64,000 bases of DNA from Mycobacteriales bacterium (GTDB lineage Bacteria > Actinomycetota > Actinomycetes > Mycobacteriales > Mycobacteriaceae). The notes under the pieces are model-generated. The model did not search any database. It was not told the DNA's origin and saw nothing but the letters and a program-made list of their open reading frames with translations. The DNA is taken from contig JBBSSG010000003.1 in assembly GCA_038242295.1 (NCBI GenBank), positions 398-64,397 on the forward strand, in the 5' to 3' direction. Made by a program: the position numbers and the translations under genes. Each line of letters starts with the position of its first letter. Within the stretch, counting starts at the first letter, position 1. Shown piece by piece: positions 35,294 through 43,590 of this stretch.

Positions 35294-36601
35294 TCAGGCG
35301 CGAACAAATCCGATCTCGGCAAAGTCTGCGACGAACTGGTTTCCCACCGGCGCGAGCTCGACAACCCAAATCAGCAGCGCTGACGAATCCGCGGGTGGAT
35401 CGAGTTCGATGGTCGTTGCGCCTGTCCCCAGCACCCCCGCCCCGAGTACCTGTGTCGAATTCACATCTTCACCTCGCTCTGGTGGCGTCCGGATCTCGAT
35501 TACCGCTCCCGGGTGCGGGGTCGTGATCCACACCTGCCCGACGTCGGCGGCTTCACCGAACGACACCACCACTCCGATTCCGTTGTCACTCGTCCCGAAC
35601 GGCGCGCGATAGCGGTCCGTCGACCACGACGTCGACGGATTCGCATCGACGGCCCGGACGGCATTGTCGGCGTTGTCCGGCGAGCGCACGTCGGACCAGA
35701 CCCGGGCATCGACGGGGAGAACGGGTGGCGCCGGCACCACTGCCGGAGCCTGTTTGGTGGTCTTCGGCGTCGGGACGGATACGGCGCTGTCGACTGCACC
35801 GTACCCACCGCCGAACACCGTCGTGGACACGAACCATCCACCTGCTCCGAAGACGATCAGCACGAGGGCAGCTACGAGAATCGACAGCGCGCGTTTACGC
35901 GGAGTCGCGATCACTGCAGGCGGTCCGTCTTCGGCAGGAACTGCGGCTGCGGCGGCGACCGAATCCAGTTCGGCGATGAACTCGTCGGCGGTGGCGATAG
36001 AACCCGATCCGGCCGCGTCGGCGACCGCCCCCAACGGCCCCGGCGGAACCGGGCATCGCCCATGCGGCCACTCGCCGACCAGCAACGTATACAGGACTGC
36101 GCCGAGCCCGACGACGTCTTGTTTAGTTGTGGCACCGAACCTCGCTGCCGGAAAAGCTAGTTCGGGACGTCCGTTGTCGGCGACGCGAACCCGCGTGTGG
36201 TGGTCGAGAGACACGGGCGATCCCGTTCGATGCGCACTCTGAACGGTCAGCGCCAGATTCCGCGCACAGCGGGCCGCCACCGCCGGCGCTACCGGCGCGA
36301 AATCTTCGAGCGTGTGCGACGCGGGCAGTTCGTCGACGAGCAGAACATACGGAGGAGCAAGGACGACGTCGGGCTTTCTGGCAACACACGCAGCAAGTGT
36401 CGAGTCGATGAATCTCTGAACAGCATTCGGGGACGGGTCACGCGCTGCGATCACGTCTGTGTGGACGACCGTCAACGACACCACTCGGGCGGTGGTCACC
36501 TCATGCGCGTACCACCATTGCGCCCAGCCGACCGAAAGCTGACGCTCCAGAAGTCTGTACCGGTCCGCTATGACGGCCCCTGGTACAAGTAACAAGCTCA
36601 C
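35294..36601 (-). CDS. Pseudokinase-TM-extracellular beta-sandwich protein resembling the C-terminal half of actinobacterial MviN/MurJ
   Basis: PGAVIADRYRLL, SLDHHTRVRV, LAFPA and DVVGLGAVLYTLLVGEWP kinase-homology pattern without canonical catalytic motifs; TM; PDNAD...AVDANPSTSWSTDRY domain. Confidence 0.7.
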   Translation of the reverse strand: MSLLLVPGAVIADRYRLLERQLSVGWAQWWYAHEVTTARVVSLTVVHTDVIAARDPSPNAVQRFIDSTLAACVARKPDVVLAPPYVLLVDELPASHTLEDFAPVAPAVAARCARNLALTVQSAHRTGSPVSLDHHTRVRVADNGRPELAFPAARFGATTKQDVVGLGAVLYTLLVGEWPHGRCPVPPGPLGAVADAAGSGSIATADEFIAELDSVAAAAAVPAEDGPPAVIATPRKRALSILVAALVLIVFGAGGWFVSTTVFGGGYGAVDSAVSVPTPKTTKQAPAVVPAPPVLPVDARVWSDVRSPDNADNAVRAVDANPSTSWSTDRYRAPFGTSDNGIGVVVSFGEAADVGQVWITTPHPGAVIEIRTPPERGEDVNSTQVLGAGVLGTGATTIELDPPADSSALLIWVVELAPVGNQFVADFAEIGFVRA

Positions 36602-36720
36602 CTACGCCTCCGCCGCGGCGCTCATCGGTGGATCAGGGTCAACCCTGGGGTCTTTCAACACCGCGGATGACAGAATTGTGCTACGTCACAAACAATCTGT
36701 CTGAGCTTTGGTCGAACCAG

Positions 36721-37191
36721 CTACGCAGGGGTGCGCGCGTCCCATACCATTCGCACCGTAGTCCCACCGTGATCCGAGGTCACCGCCGTCGTATCCGCAA
36801 GCGCATGCATCAGTGGAACCCCGCGACCTCTGGTGGAATCTGGAGCATGCACTGTCCACTCGCCTCGGTCGCTGATGATCACCTCGATCCACTCCGTCGC
36901 CGGGACACATTCGGCGTGTAGGTCAAGAGTCCCCGGGATCCGCGAGTAGGCATGCTCGACAGCGTTCGCCAACGCCTCATAGGTTGCCAGCACCACGTCG
37001 TAAGCACGCTCAGGTGCGATGTGCAAGCTGGTCAGCCACTCACTGAGCGCGATCCTGAGCGCGGTTGCACGTTCCGCAACTGCCGCTTGGTCGACGAAAT
37101 TTAGATGCATGACGTCCTCGAGACGTGGTTGGACGTGTGGTCGGGGGACGGCAGCAGCGCCAGCGTCGTCGCCGAATGCGTTAACCATCAT
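36721..37191 (-). CDS. RsbW-like anti-sigma factor / HATPase_c serine kinase
   Basis: LATYEALANAVEHAY, ISDRGEW, RGRGVPLM and GTTVRM; start may be 37110. Confidence 0.88.
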   Translation of the reverse strand: MMVNAFGDDAGAAAVPRPHVQPRLEDVMHLNFVDQAAVAERATALRIALSEWLTSLHIAPERAYDVVLATYEALANAVEHAYSRIPGTLDLHAECVPATEWIEVIISDRGEWTVHAPDSTRGRGVPLMHALADTTAVTSDHGGTTVRMVWDARTPA

Positions 37192-37212
37192 GCAACCGCC
37201 ATACCCATTAGG

Positions 37213-37593
37213 TCAGGATTTATCCGTCTGCAATGCATTCAATGCTTCATCGATAGTGCCGTAGATACTGAACAGCTCGTCGAGGCCGATTACCGACAAC
37301 GGCCGACCCGTGGCGGGACCATCCGCCACGACCGCGAAACCCATTGACTCACCCAACTGTTGGTGCGTCGACACCAGCAGTGACATGCCCGCGGAGGCCA
37401 AAAAGCCGACGGACGAAAGGTCGATCACGATGGCGTCCGGCTGCTTCGTCAGCAACAGATCCACCGACTCGGCAAGCTGCGGAGCAGTGACTAGGTCCAG
37501 TTCGCCGGACACCGTCACGATCACCATGTCGCCGCGCCATTCTACGGCTATGTCGAAGTGTTGCGGGCCCAGCCCGGACTCGTCAAGTATCAC
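37213..37593 (-). CDS. STAS-domain anti-sigma factor antagonist
   Basis: VSGELDLVTAP and IDLSSVGFLASAG (phospho-acceptor Ser). Confidence 0.92.
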   Translation of the reverse strand: MILDESGLGPQHFDIAVEWRGDMVIVTVSGELDLVTAPQLAESVDLLLTKQPDAIVIDLSSVGFLASAGMSLLVSTHQQLGESMGFAVVADGPATGRPLSVIGLDELFSIYGTIDEALNALQTDKS

Positions 37594-37688
37594 AGTTGCT
37601 CAACATACCCGAGAGCATATGGAGTGCTTCGGTGCGACCGATCGAGGCCGAACTGCCCGCAAGGCCTACGCCCATTAGGCTCGATCAG

Positions 37689-38066
37689 GTGACCTCTGCC
37701 CGCCTGCCCACGACTGGAGTACTGGCTATCTCGGGGGCAATCGGAGCCGTCTTGCGTTACGAGATTTGGCATTGGCGTGACACCCCGAAGTGGTTGTTGA
37801 TCAACACTTTCGGGATCAACACCGTCGGATGCCTGCTACTGGGCGCGGCGCTGGGTTATCTGTCCGGTCGGCAGGCACCCGTCCTGCGCGCCGGACTCAT
37901 GGGCCTGGCCTGCGGGTTCACCACATTCAGCTTCTACGCGCTCCAGGGAATCACCTACGACGGCGCGTGGCGCTCGGTAGCCTATATCCTCGCAACGCCG
38001 GTCGTCGCCGTCGTGGCCCTCGGGTGCGGCGCCCTGGTGACCCGCCCGACGGGACCAACTCGATGA
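37689..38066 (+). CDS. crcB: Fluc/CrcB-like fluoride channel subunit (divergent)
   Basis: GAIGAVLRY, INTVGCLLLG and CGFTTFS; start uncertain (37596 or 37689). Confidence 0.7.
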   Translation: MTSARLPTTGVLAISGAIGAVLRYEIWHWRDTPKWLLINTFGINTVGCLLLGAALGYLSGRQAPVLRAGLMGLACGFTTFSFYALQGITYDGAWRSVAYILATPVVAVVALGCGALVTRPTGPTR

Positions 38067-38422
38067 TCCTTCTTCTTGTCGCGTTGGGCGGCGCGGCGGC
38101 GGCGCTCACGCACCACGTGCTGACCCGCGGCGTCACCGATCGCCGGCGCGTTCTCCTTCTCACCGTCAGTACGTGCGGGATCCTTGGGTTCGTGACGGCA
38201 GCGGCACCGCCGCAGTGGATGGTTGCCCTCGTCAGCTTCGGGTTTCTCGGCGCACTCGCTCCGCTGTCTTCGATTGCTTTGCTGACGGTGGTGCAGATCC
38301 GCGAGGGCCGGTACCGCGACGGGGTGCTGTTCTTGGCCGCGACGGTTGTCGGCGGGGTCGCGTGTGCGATGTTCGGGTATTTGCTGTTCAGCTCGGGCCA
38401 GACGCTCTACTACAAGCTCTGA
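38063..38422 (+). CDS. Second CrcB-like subunit, highly degenerate
   Basis: ATGA overlap; four TMs; LVALGGAAAA N-terminus and GFLGALAPLSS in place of GFxGxxTTFS. Confidence 0.5.
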   Translation: MILLLVALGGAAAALTHHVLTRGVTDRRRVLLLTVSTCGILGFVTAAAPPQWMVALVSFGFLGALAPLSSIALLTVVQIREGRYRDGVLFLAATVVGGVACAMFGYLLFSSGQTLYYKL

Positions 38423-38976
38423 CAGTCGCCTTGCACTCCGGCTTTGACAAATCCGGCGAGTTGATAGAGGTAGGTGTACTCCCAGAAGACGAGCGAGAAG
38501 TTGTACGCCCGAGGCACTGCCTGCATCGTGACGTCGCCGCCGAAACATTGCCCGAAGATGTACCGGGCGCGCGGCAGGTGGTACTGCCAACTGACGACCA
38601 CGACGTGGTTCCACCCGCGTTCCAGAGCGAGTTCCTGGGTGAAAATTGCCTCACCACGCGTCGTACCGGGTTTGGGTTTCCGGCATAGGACGGTGTAATC
38701 GGGGGTCTCGGTGTCGCAGTACTTCTGCATGACTTTGTCGGACGGCCCGTACGGGTCGGACAGTACGACAGTGTCGGCGACGCCACGCTCGGCCAGCGCC
38801 ACACCGTAGGCCTCTCGGCCGTCGTGTTCGCCGCCCAGGACGATGATGGCGTCGGCTTTCGCAATGGGGTCGATCGATGCTCTGGTGAACTCGAGGTAGC
38901 CCCCGATGCCGACGATCGAGACAAGAATGGCTGGCATCACGATGGCCAGCACGACCACAAGTCTTCGGCGGTTCAC
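38410..38976 (-). CDS. YdcF/DUF218 (ElyC/SanA-like) envelope protein
   Basis: N-terminal TM, ADAIIVLGG, TTRGEA and VVSWQYHLPRAR; start approximate. Confidence 0.85.
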   Translation of the reverse strand: MNRRRLVVVLAIVMPAILVSIVGIGGYLEFTRASIDPIAKADAIIVLGGEHDGREAYGVALAERGVADTVVLSDPYGPSDKVMQKYCDTETPDYTVLCRKPKPGTTRGEAIFTQELALERGWNHVVVVSWQYHLPRARYIFGQCFGGDVTMQAVPRAYNFSLVFWEYTYLYQLAGFVKAGVQGDCQSL

Positions 38977-39135
38977 CAGTTCAGGGTAGGCAGAACACTG
39001 CACTGTTGCACGGACCAGCGATCAATCTCACGCCGATCCAGGATGCCCAGTCCTCGGTGATACAGCCTGCGGATCCCCGAGGCCGGCACGAGGCGCGCCT
39101 GCGCGAACTTACGTCCCGCGCAGACGACCTACGTC

Positions 39136-39336
39136 CTACTGACTCGGCTGCGGCAGGTTGCAATCGGTGACCTCGGGGTTCACGCCCGCGTAGTTGAGCG
39201 GTCCGACGACGACGGTCAACGCGATGGTTCCGATGCTCGCGCAATCGTTGTTCTCGCTGTCGAAGTACCCGCGTTGGAACACAGCAAATGCTCCGATTAC
39301 AAGCCACACAATAATGATCAAACTGACGAGACGCAT
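39136..39336 (-). CDS. Small actinobacterial membrane protein
   Basis: MRLVSLIIIVWLVIGAFAVFQRGYF...C...GPLNYAGVNP...C; GGGGAGGG RBS. Confidence 0.75.
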   Translation of the reverse strand: MRLVSLIIIVWLVIGAFAVFQRGYFDSENNDCASIGTIALTVVVGPLNYAGVNPEVTDCNLPQPSQ

Positions 39337-39382
39337 GATATTCCCTCCCCTGAAGCCGTCTTTCGGCTGACTGATTGTACCT

Positions 39383-39409
39383 TTACCCCGCTTGGGCGAG
39401 CCACAAACC
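39383..39409 (-). promoter_or_regulatory. SigF-type promoter
   Basis: GGTTT-N16-GGGTAA upstream of the small membrane protein gene; mycobacterial SigF consensus is GGWWT-N16/17-GGGTAY. Confidence 0.5.
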
Positions 39410-39473
39410 GGAATCGATACGACGCGAGTGCCAGCGGCGCGCTGGGAAGCGTTGCTGAGGTTCACGGCGCACT

Positions 39474-39776
39474 TCACCGAAGGGGCTTGAGCACCCGACT
39501 CGGCACCCAGTGCGTCACTGTCTCGCAACGGTCCTTCGATGCAAGCTGGTAGGTGACTCTGCCGATCCAGTCACCGTCCACCGTCATCGACCATTCGGTG
39601 AGGTCGCCGGGCACTATTGTGCGGACGTCGAAGCCTTCCGCCGTGTAGGCGCCGTTGTGGTGCGGGGGTTGTGGGTAGAGGACGGATAGGTCGATCAACA
39701 CCTTGACCGACGGGGTGAGCACTTTGAACGGGCGGCGGCGCGGATCCACTCCACCGCTCGACCCATTCATCCGCAT
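39474..39776 (-). CDS. 100-aa hypothetical protein, predicted LexA-regulated
   Basis: ATG 6 nt after a -10 element; beta-rich, Trp-containing sequence (PGDLTEWSMTVDGDWIGRVTY...HWVPS). Confidence 0.65.
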   Translation of the reverse strand: MRMNGSSGGVDPRRRPFKVLTPSVKVLIDLSVLYPQPPHHNGAYTAEGFDVRTIVPGDLTEWSMTVDGDWIGRVTYQLASKDRCETVTHWVPSRVLKPLR

Positions 39777-39779
39777 CGT

Positions 39780-39811
39780 TCGACCATACGTTCGAATAGT
39801 TTCGTTTTCAA
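39780..39811 (-). promoter_or_regulatory. Sigma-A promoter overlapped by an SOS (LexA) box
   Basis: TTGAAA-N17-TATGGT; TCGAACGTATGGTCGA (39780-39795) is one mismatch from TCGAAC-N4-GTTCGA. Confidence 0.7.
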
Positions 39812-39913
39812 TCCCGGGGTCCGATAGTCGGGCCAGCACTTCGAGAGGCGGTGCCATGAGAGTGGATGTCGCCTCACGTCGCAGCCCGGGCTGATCTTCA
39901 CCCGCCGCCAGGA

Positions 39914-40768
39914 TCAGTCGGCGCGGCGCCGTTCGAGCAGAACGGTGTCGCGCCACACGCCGCTCTGCTGGGCCGTGCGCTCCCGTAGCCCGACGGTGCG
40001 ATAGCCAGAGGCGTGATGCAGCCCGATGCCGGCGCGGTTCTCCGGAAAGATCGAGGTTTGCAACGTCCACAAGCCGGCCGAATCCGCCTCGGTGACCTGC
40101 TTGTACATCAACGTCTTCCCCACACCTCGACCACGAAACTCACTACCGACGTAAACCGAGTTCTCGGCCACTCCGCGATAGAAATCACGGGTGGAAACAG
40201 CCGAAAGCGCGGCCCAGCCAACGACTTTCCCCTTGATCTCGGCAATCCAACGATGCTTCGGCAGCCAGTTGATCTCGAGCGCTTCCGTCGGTGGCACAGT
40301 CGTCTCGAACGTGGCATTGCCGGTGGCGATGCCCTCCCGGTAGATTTCGCGCACCGCGTCCCAATCCGAGTCCACCATCGCGCGCACCGTCACATCACCC
40401 GGAAGGTCAGCGGGACAACACGGACGCGGGGACAACACCCCCATCACTGCATCCGCAGCGTGCGGCAGCTCGGTACAGCACGTGGGGTTCACCGAAACAA
40501 CAGTGGTGGTACCCCTCTTGCGGAGGCGCACAAAGCCCACATCGGCGAGCCGGCGGACGTGATGAGAGACGGTTGGCTGCCTTATCTCCAGCGCCTCGGC
40601 AAGTTTGCCGATCGCAATCCCCGAACCGGATCCGGCGACCAGGTGCAGAATTCGTACTCGCATCGGCTCGGCGAGGCACGCAAACCAGTTCGCATAGGTC
40701 GCTGCATCGCCCGCATCGAGTGCGATGACATCGGTAGGCGCATCCTCGAGCGGGAGAAAAGCAGTCAT
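39914..40768 (-). CDS. ArsR-family HTH fused to a GNAT N-acetyltransferase (PAT/ArsN1-like)
   Basis: FACLAEPMRVRIL...QPTVSHH HTH with two CC pairs; IYREGIATGNATFET, ENSVYV, RGRGVG and WRDTVLLERR. Confidence 0.88.
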   Translation of the reverse strand: MTAFLPLEDAPTDVIALDAGDAATYANWFACLAEPMRVRILHLVAGSGSGIAIGKLAEALEIRQPTVSHHVRRLADVGFVRLRKRGTTTVVSVNPTCCTELPHAADAVMGVLSPRPCCPADLPGDVTVRAMVDSDWDAVREIYREGIATGNATFETTVPPTEALEINWLPKHRWIAEIKGKVVGWAALSAVSTRDFYRGVAENSVYVGSEFRGRGVGKTLMYKQVTEADSAGLWTLQTSIFPENRAGIGLHHASGYRTVGLRERTAQQSGVWRDTVLLERRRAD

Positions 40769-40781
40769 AGTCAGCACTATA

Positions 40782-40853
40782 TCGATGTTCGTCGATGGTT
40801 GCGAGCATCGATGGGTATCGATACAGTCTGTTTCGACTATTGATCGCTATCGA
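40782..40853. promoter_or_regulatory. Three ArsR-type operator palindromes TYGAY-N4-RTCGA
   Basis: TCGAT-GTTC-GTCGA at 40782, TCGAT-GGGT-ATCGA at 40808 and TTGAT-CGCT-ATCGA at 40840. Confidence 0.7.
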
Positions 40854-40869
40854 TGAAAGGCATTTCGAG

Positions 40870-42246
40870 ATGACCGCTCTACCCGTCGTCGTCATCGGCG
40901 CTGGCCCCATCGGCCTGGCCGCGGCCTCACACCTGACCGAAAACGGTTCTGCCGTAACCGTTCTCGAACGAGGACCGTCAGCGGGTTCGGCGGTAGCCGA
41001 ATGGAGCCATGTGCGCCTGTTCTCCCCCTGGTCCGCGGTGGTCGACCCCGCCGCGGCACGCCTGCTCGAACAGACAGGATGGACGGCACCGGGTGGCGAT
41101 ACGTATGCCACCGGCCGTGATTGGGTCCGCGACTACCTCGAACCGCTCGCCGCTGCTGTGGGCAACGCGATCCGATTCGACTCCGAGGTCGTGGGAGTCG
41201 CCCGCCGAGGCCGAGACCGAGTCGTCGACGCCGGTCGCGATACCGAACCCCTCTCGGTTCATATTCGCCATTCAGACGGTAGCGAAGAACGCATCCTGGC
41301 CCGGGCTGTCATCGACGCCTCCGGCACCTGGGGTTCGCCCAATCCACTGGGCAGTGAGGGACTTCCGGCCATGGGCGAAGGGGCTGCCGGCGAAAAGATC
41401 ATCTATCGCGTCCCCGACCTCGAAGACAGCCGCACCCGATCCGAGTTTGCCGGTAGACATACCGTCATCGCCGGCAGCGGTCACTCCGCCCTGACTGCCA
41501 TCATCGCTTTCGCCGAACTCGCCGCCGATCACCCCGGCACCACATTGACCTGGGCCATCCGTCGCGGCGACACGGGCGGTGTGTTCGGCGGTGGCGAATC
41601 CGACGAACTCGCCGCCCGCGGAGCGCTGGGCCTGCGCGCGAAACAGGCAGTCGAGGACGGGTACCTGAACATCGTTCCCGGATTTCGCACCGAAGCAGTC
41701 GATCGTGAGGGAGACCGGCTCACGCTCGTCGGCGATACCGGTGCACAGATCGGCGGCGTCGATCGCGTCATCGCTCTGACTGGATTTCGGCCCGACCTGT
41801 CCTGGTTGTCCGAGGTTCGTCTCGATCTCGATCCCACCCTGCAGGCCCCGAAGTTCTTGGCCGCGTTGATCGATCCGAACCTGCACTCGTGCGGCACCGT
41901 CTATCCGCACGGCGTCGACGAACTCACCCAACCCGAACCAGGCTTCTATCTCGTCGGAATGAAAAGCTACGGGCGAGCACCGACATTCTTGGCGATGACC
42001 GGCTACGAACAGGTCCGCAGCATCGCAGCCGAACTAGCCGGCGACCACGCCGGAGCGAGGACGGTGGAACTGACGCTGCCGGACACCGGCGTCTGCGGCG
42101 GTTCCGGGGTCTTCGACGATCCGACCGCAAACGATCCGAACGCAAACGATCCGAACGCAGACTCTTCCGCTAGTGGCGGGTGCTGCGGCGAGCCGGCAGC
42201 GCCGGAGTTGATCAGTCTCGGTGGACCGTCGGCGTCGCGTGCCTGA
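40870..42246 (+). CDS. FAD/NAD(P)-dependent oxidoreductase associated with arsenic resistance (flavin monooxygenase-like)
   Basis: IGAGPIG, WSHVRLFSPW, DASGTW, GSGHSA, HSCGTV, GMKSYGRAPTFL and C-terminal GVCGG...GCC. Confidence 0.85.
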   Translation: MTALPVVVIGAGPIGLAAASHLTENGSAVTVLERGPSAGSAVAEWSHVRLFSPWSAVVDPAAARLLEQTGWTAPGGDTYATGRDWVRDYLEPLAAAVGNAIRFDSEVVGVARRGRDRVVDAGRDTEPLSVHIRHSDGSEERILARAVIDASGTWGSPNPLGSEGLPAMGEGAAGEKIIYRVPDLEDSRTRSEFAGRHTVIAGSGHSALTAIIAFAELAADHPGTTLTWAIRRGDTGGVFGGGESDELAARGALGLRAKQAVEDGYLNIVPGFRTEAVDREGDRLTLVGDTGAQIGGVDRVIALTGFRPDLSWLSEVRLDLDPTLQAPKFLAALIDPNLHSCGTVYPHGVDELTQPEPGFYLVGMKSYGRAPTFLAMTGYEQVRSIAAELAGDHAGARTVELTLPDTGVCGGSGVFDDPTANDPNANDPNADSSASGGCCGEPAAPELISLGGPSASRA

Positions 42247-43459
42247 ATCGAACACCGATCCGGCGTCGGCGCGGGAAGCAAGCCATCCTGGGCGACGCCG
42301 GATCCTGTCGATTCTGTGCATCACTGAAATCAGCAGCTGGGGAATCTTGTATTACGCCTTCCCGGTACTCTCCCCGGCGATTTCAGCAGATACTGGATGG
42401 TCGACCACATCCATCGTCGCTGCATTCTCACTCGGCCAACTCGTTGCGGCACTGGTCGGGATCCCAGTGGGCAAGATCCTCGACCGGCACGGACCACGGT
42501 GGGTGATGACCGCGGGATCGACGGTTGGTTTCCTCGCCCTGGCCGTCGTTGCGAGCGCTCCGAACCTGGCCGTGTTCTACCTCGGGTGGGTCATCGCCGG
42601 AGTAGCGATGGGCGCGGTGCTGTATCCACCGGCGTTTGCGGCCTTGACCCGGTGGTGGGGGGCGGACCGCGTCCGTGCGTTGATGATCCTCACTCTCGCA
42701 GCAGGTTTGGCCAGCACGATCTTTGCGCCGTTGACAGCGCTGCTGTCCGAACACAGTGATTGGCGTCGAACCTACCTCGCCCTCGCAGCCGTTCTATTGG
42801 TCATCACGGTGCCAGGGCACCTACTCGGTCTGCATGGTCCTTGGCCGCGCGTCGCAATTCTCGACTCGCCTGGATCGCCGCGCAGACGTACCGACATAGT
42901 CCGAACGCCGCCGTTCGTTGCTCTCACTGCGGCACTGAGCCTGGCCGCGTTCGTCGCTTTCGCGGGCGTGTTCAACCTGATCCCTCTACTCCTCGAACAC
43001 GGAGCCGAACCGGCGTTGGCGGCGACCGCACTCGGACTCGGAGGTCTCGGTCAAGTGCTCGGCAGAATCGGATACCTCCCACTCCAGAGGCTGACCGGAA
43101 CACGCAGGCGGACGATAGTGGTCATCGCGGCAACTGCCATCACGACGGTTTTCCTCGGCTCGGTTACTTCGGTCATCGCACTGGTTGCTGTTGCCGTCGG
43201 TGCCGGAGTCGCCCGCGGGGTTTTCACCCTCATCCAGGCCACCGCCATCACCGACAGGTGGGGACCCTCTGAGTACGGCTACCTCAATGGCATCATGTCC
43301 GCCCCCGTCGTGATCGCAATGGCCCTCGCCCCCTGGGCGGGTGCTCTGCTTGCATCGTGGACCGGCAGCTACTCCGGCGCCTACATCGTGCTGGGAGTCG
43401 TGGCACTGGTCGCCGCTGCTTTAGCCGCTGCAAGCATGCCTCGTCACATGCCGGAGTGA
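42221..43459 (+). CDS. MFS efflux transporter (ArsK-like context)
   Basis: About 12 TMs, WGILYYAFP and motif A GKILDRHGPR; co-oriented with and overlapping the oxidoreductase; start uncertain. Confidence 0.85.
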   Translation: MDRRRRVPESNTDPASAREASHPGRRRILSILCITEISSWGILYYAFPVLSPAISADTGWSTTSIVAAFSLGQLVAALVGIPVGKILDRHGPRWVMTAGSTVGFLALAVVASAPNLAVFYLGWVIAGVAMGAVLYPPAFAALTRWWGADRVRALMILTLAAGLASTIFAPLTALLSEHSDWRRTYLALAAVLLVITVPGHLLGLHGPWPRVAILDSPGSPRRRTDIVRTPPFVALTAALSLAAFVAFAGVFNLIPLLLEHGAEPALAATALGLGGLGQVLGRIGYLPLQRLTGTRRRTIVVIAATAITTVFLGSVTSVIALVAVAVGAGVARGVFTLIQATAITDRWGPSEYGYLNGIMSAPVVIAMALAPWAGALLASWTGSYSGAYIVLGVVALVAAALAAASMPRHMPE

Positions 43460-43590
43460 GCACAAGTCCTGCTGAATGGCAGCCCTAGGTTTTCAGCAGA
43501 ATCGACGCCAGGTCTCGGAACCAATTCGTCATTGGCCCCGAGACCTGCTGCCGGTCCCCGAGCGTCAGACCGACGCTGCGGGTGTGGGCA

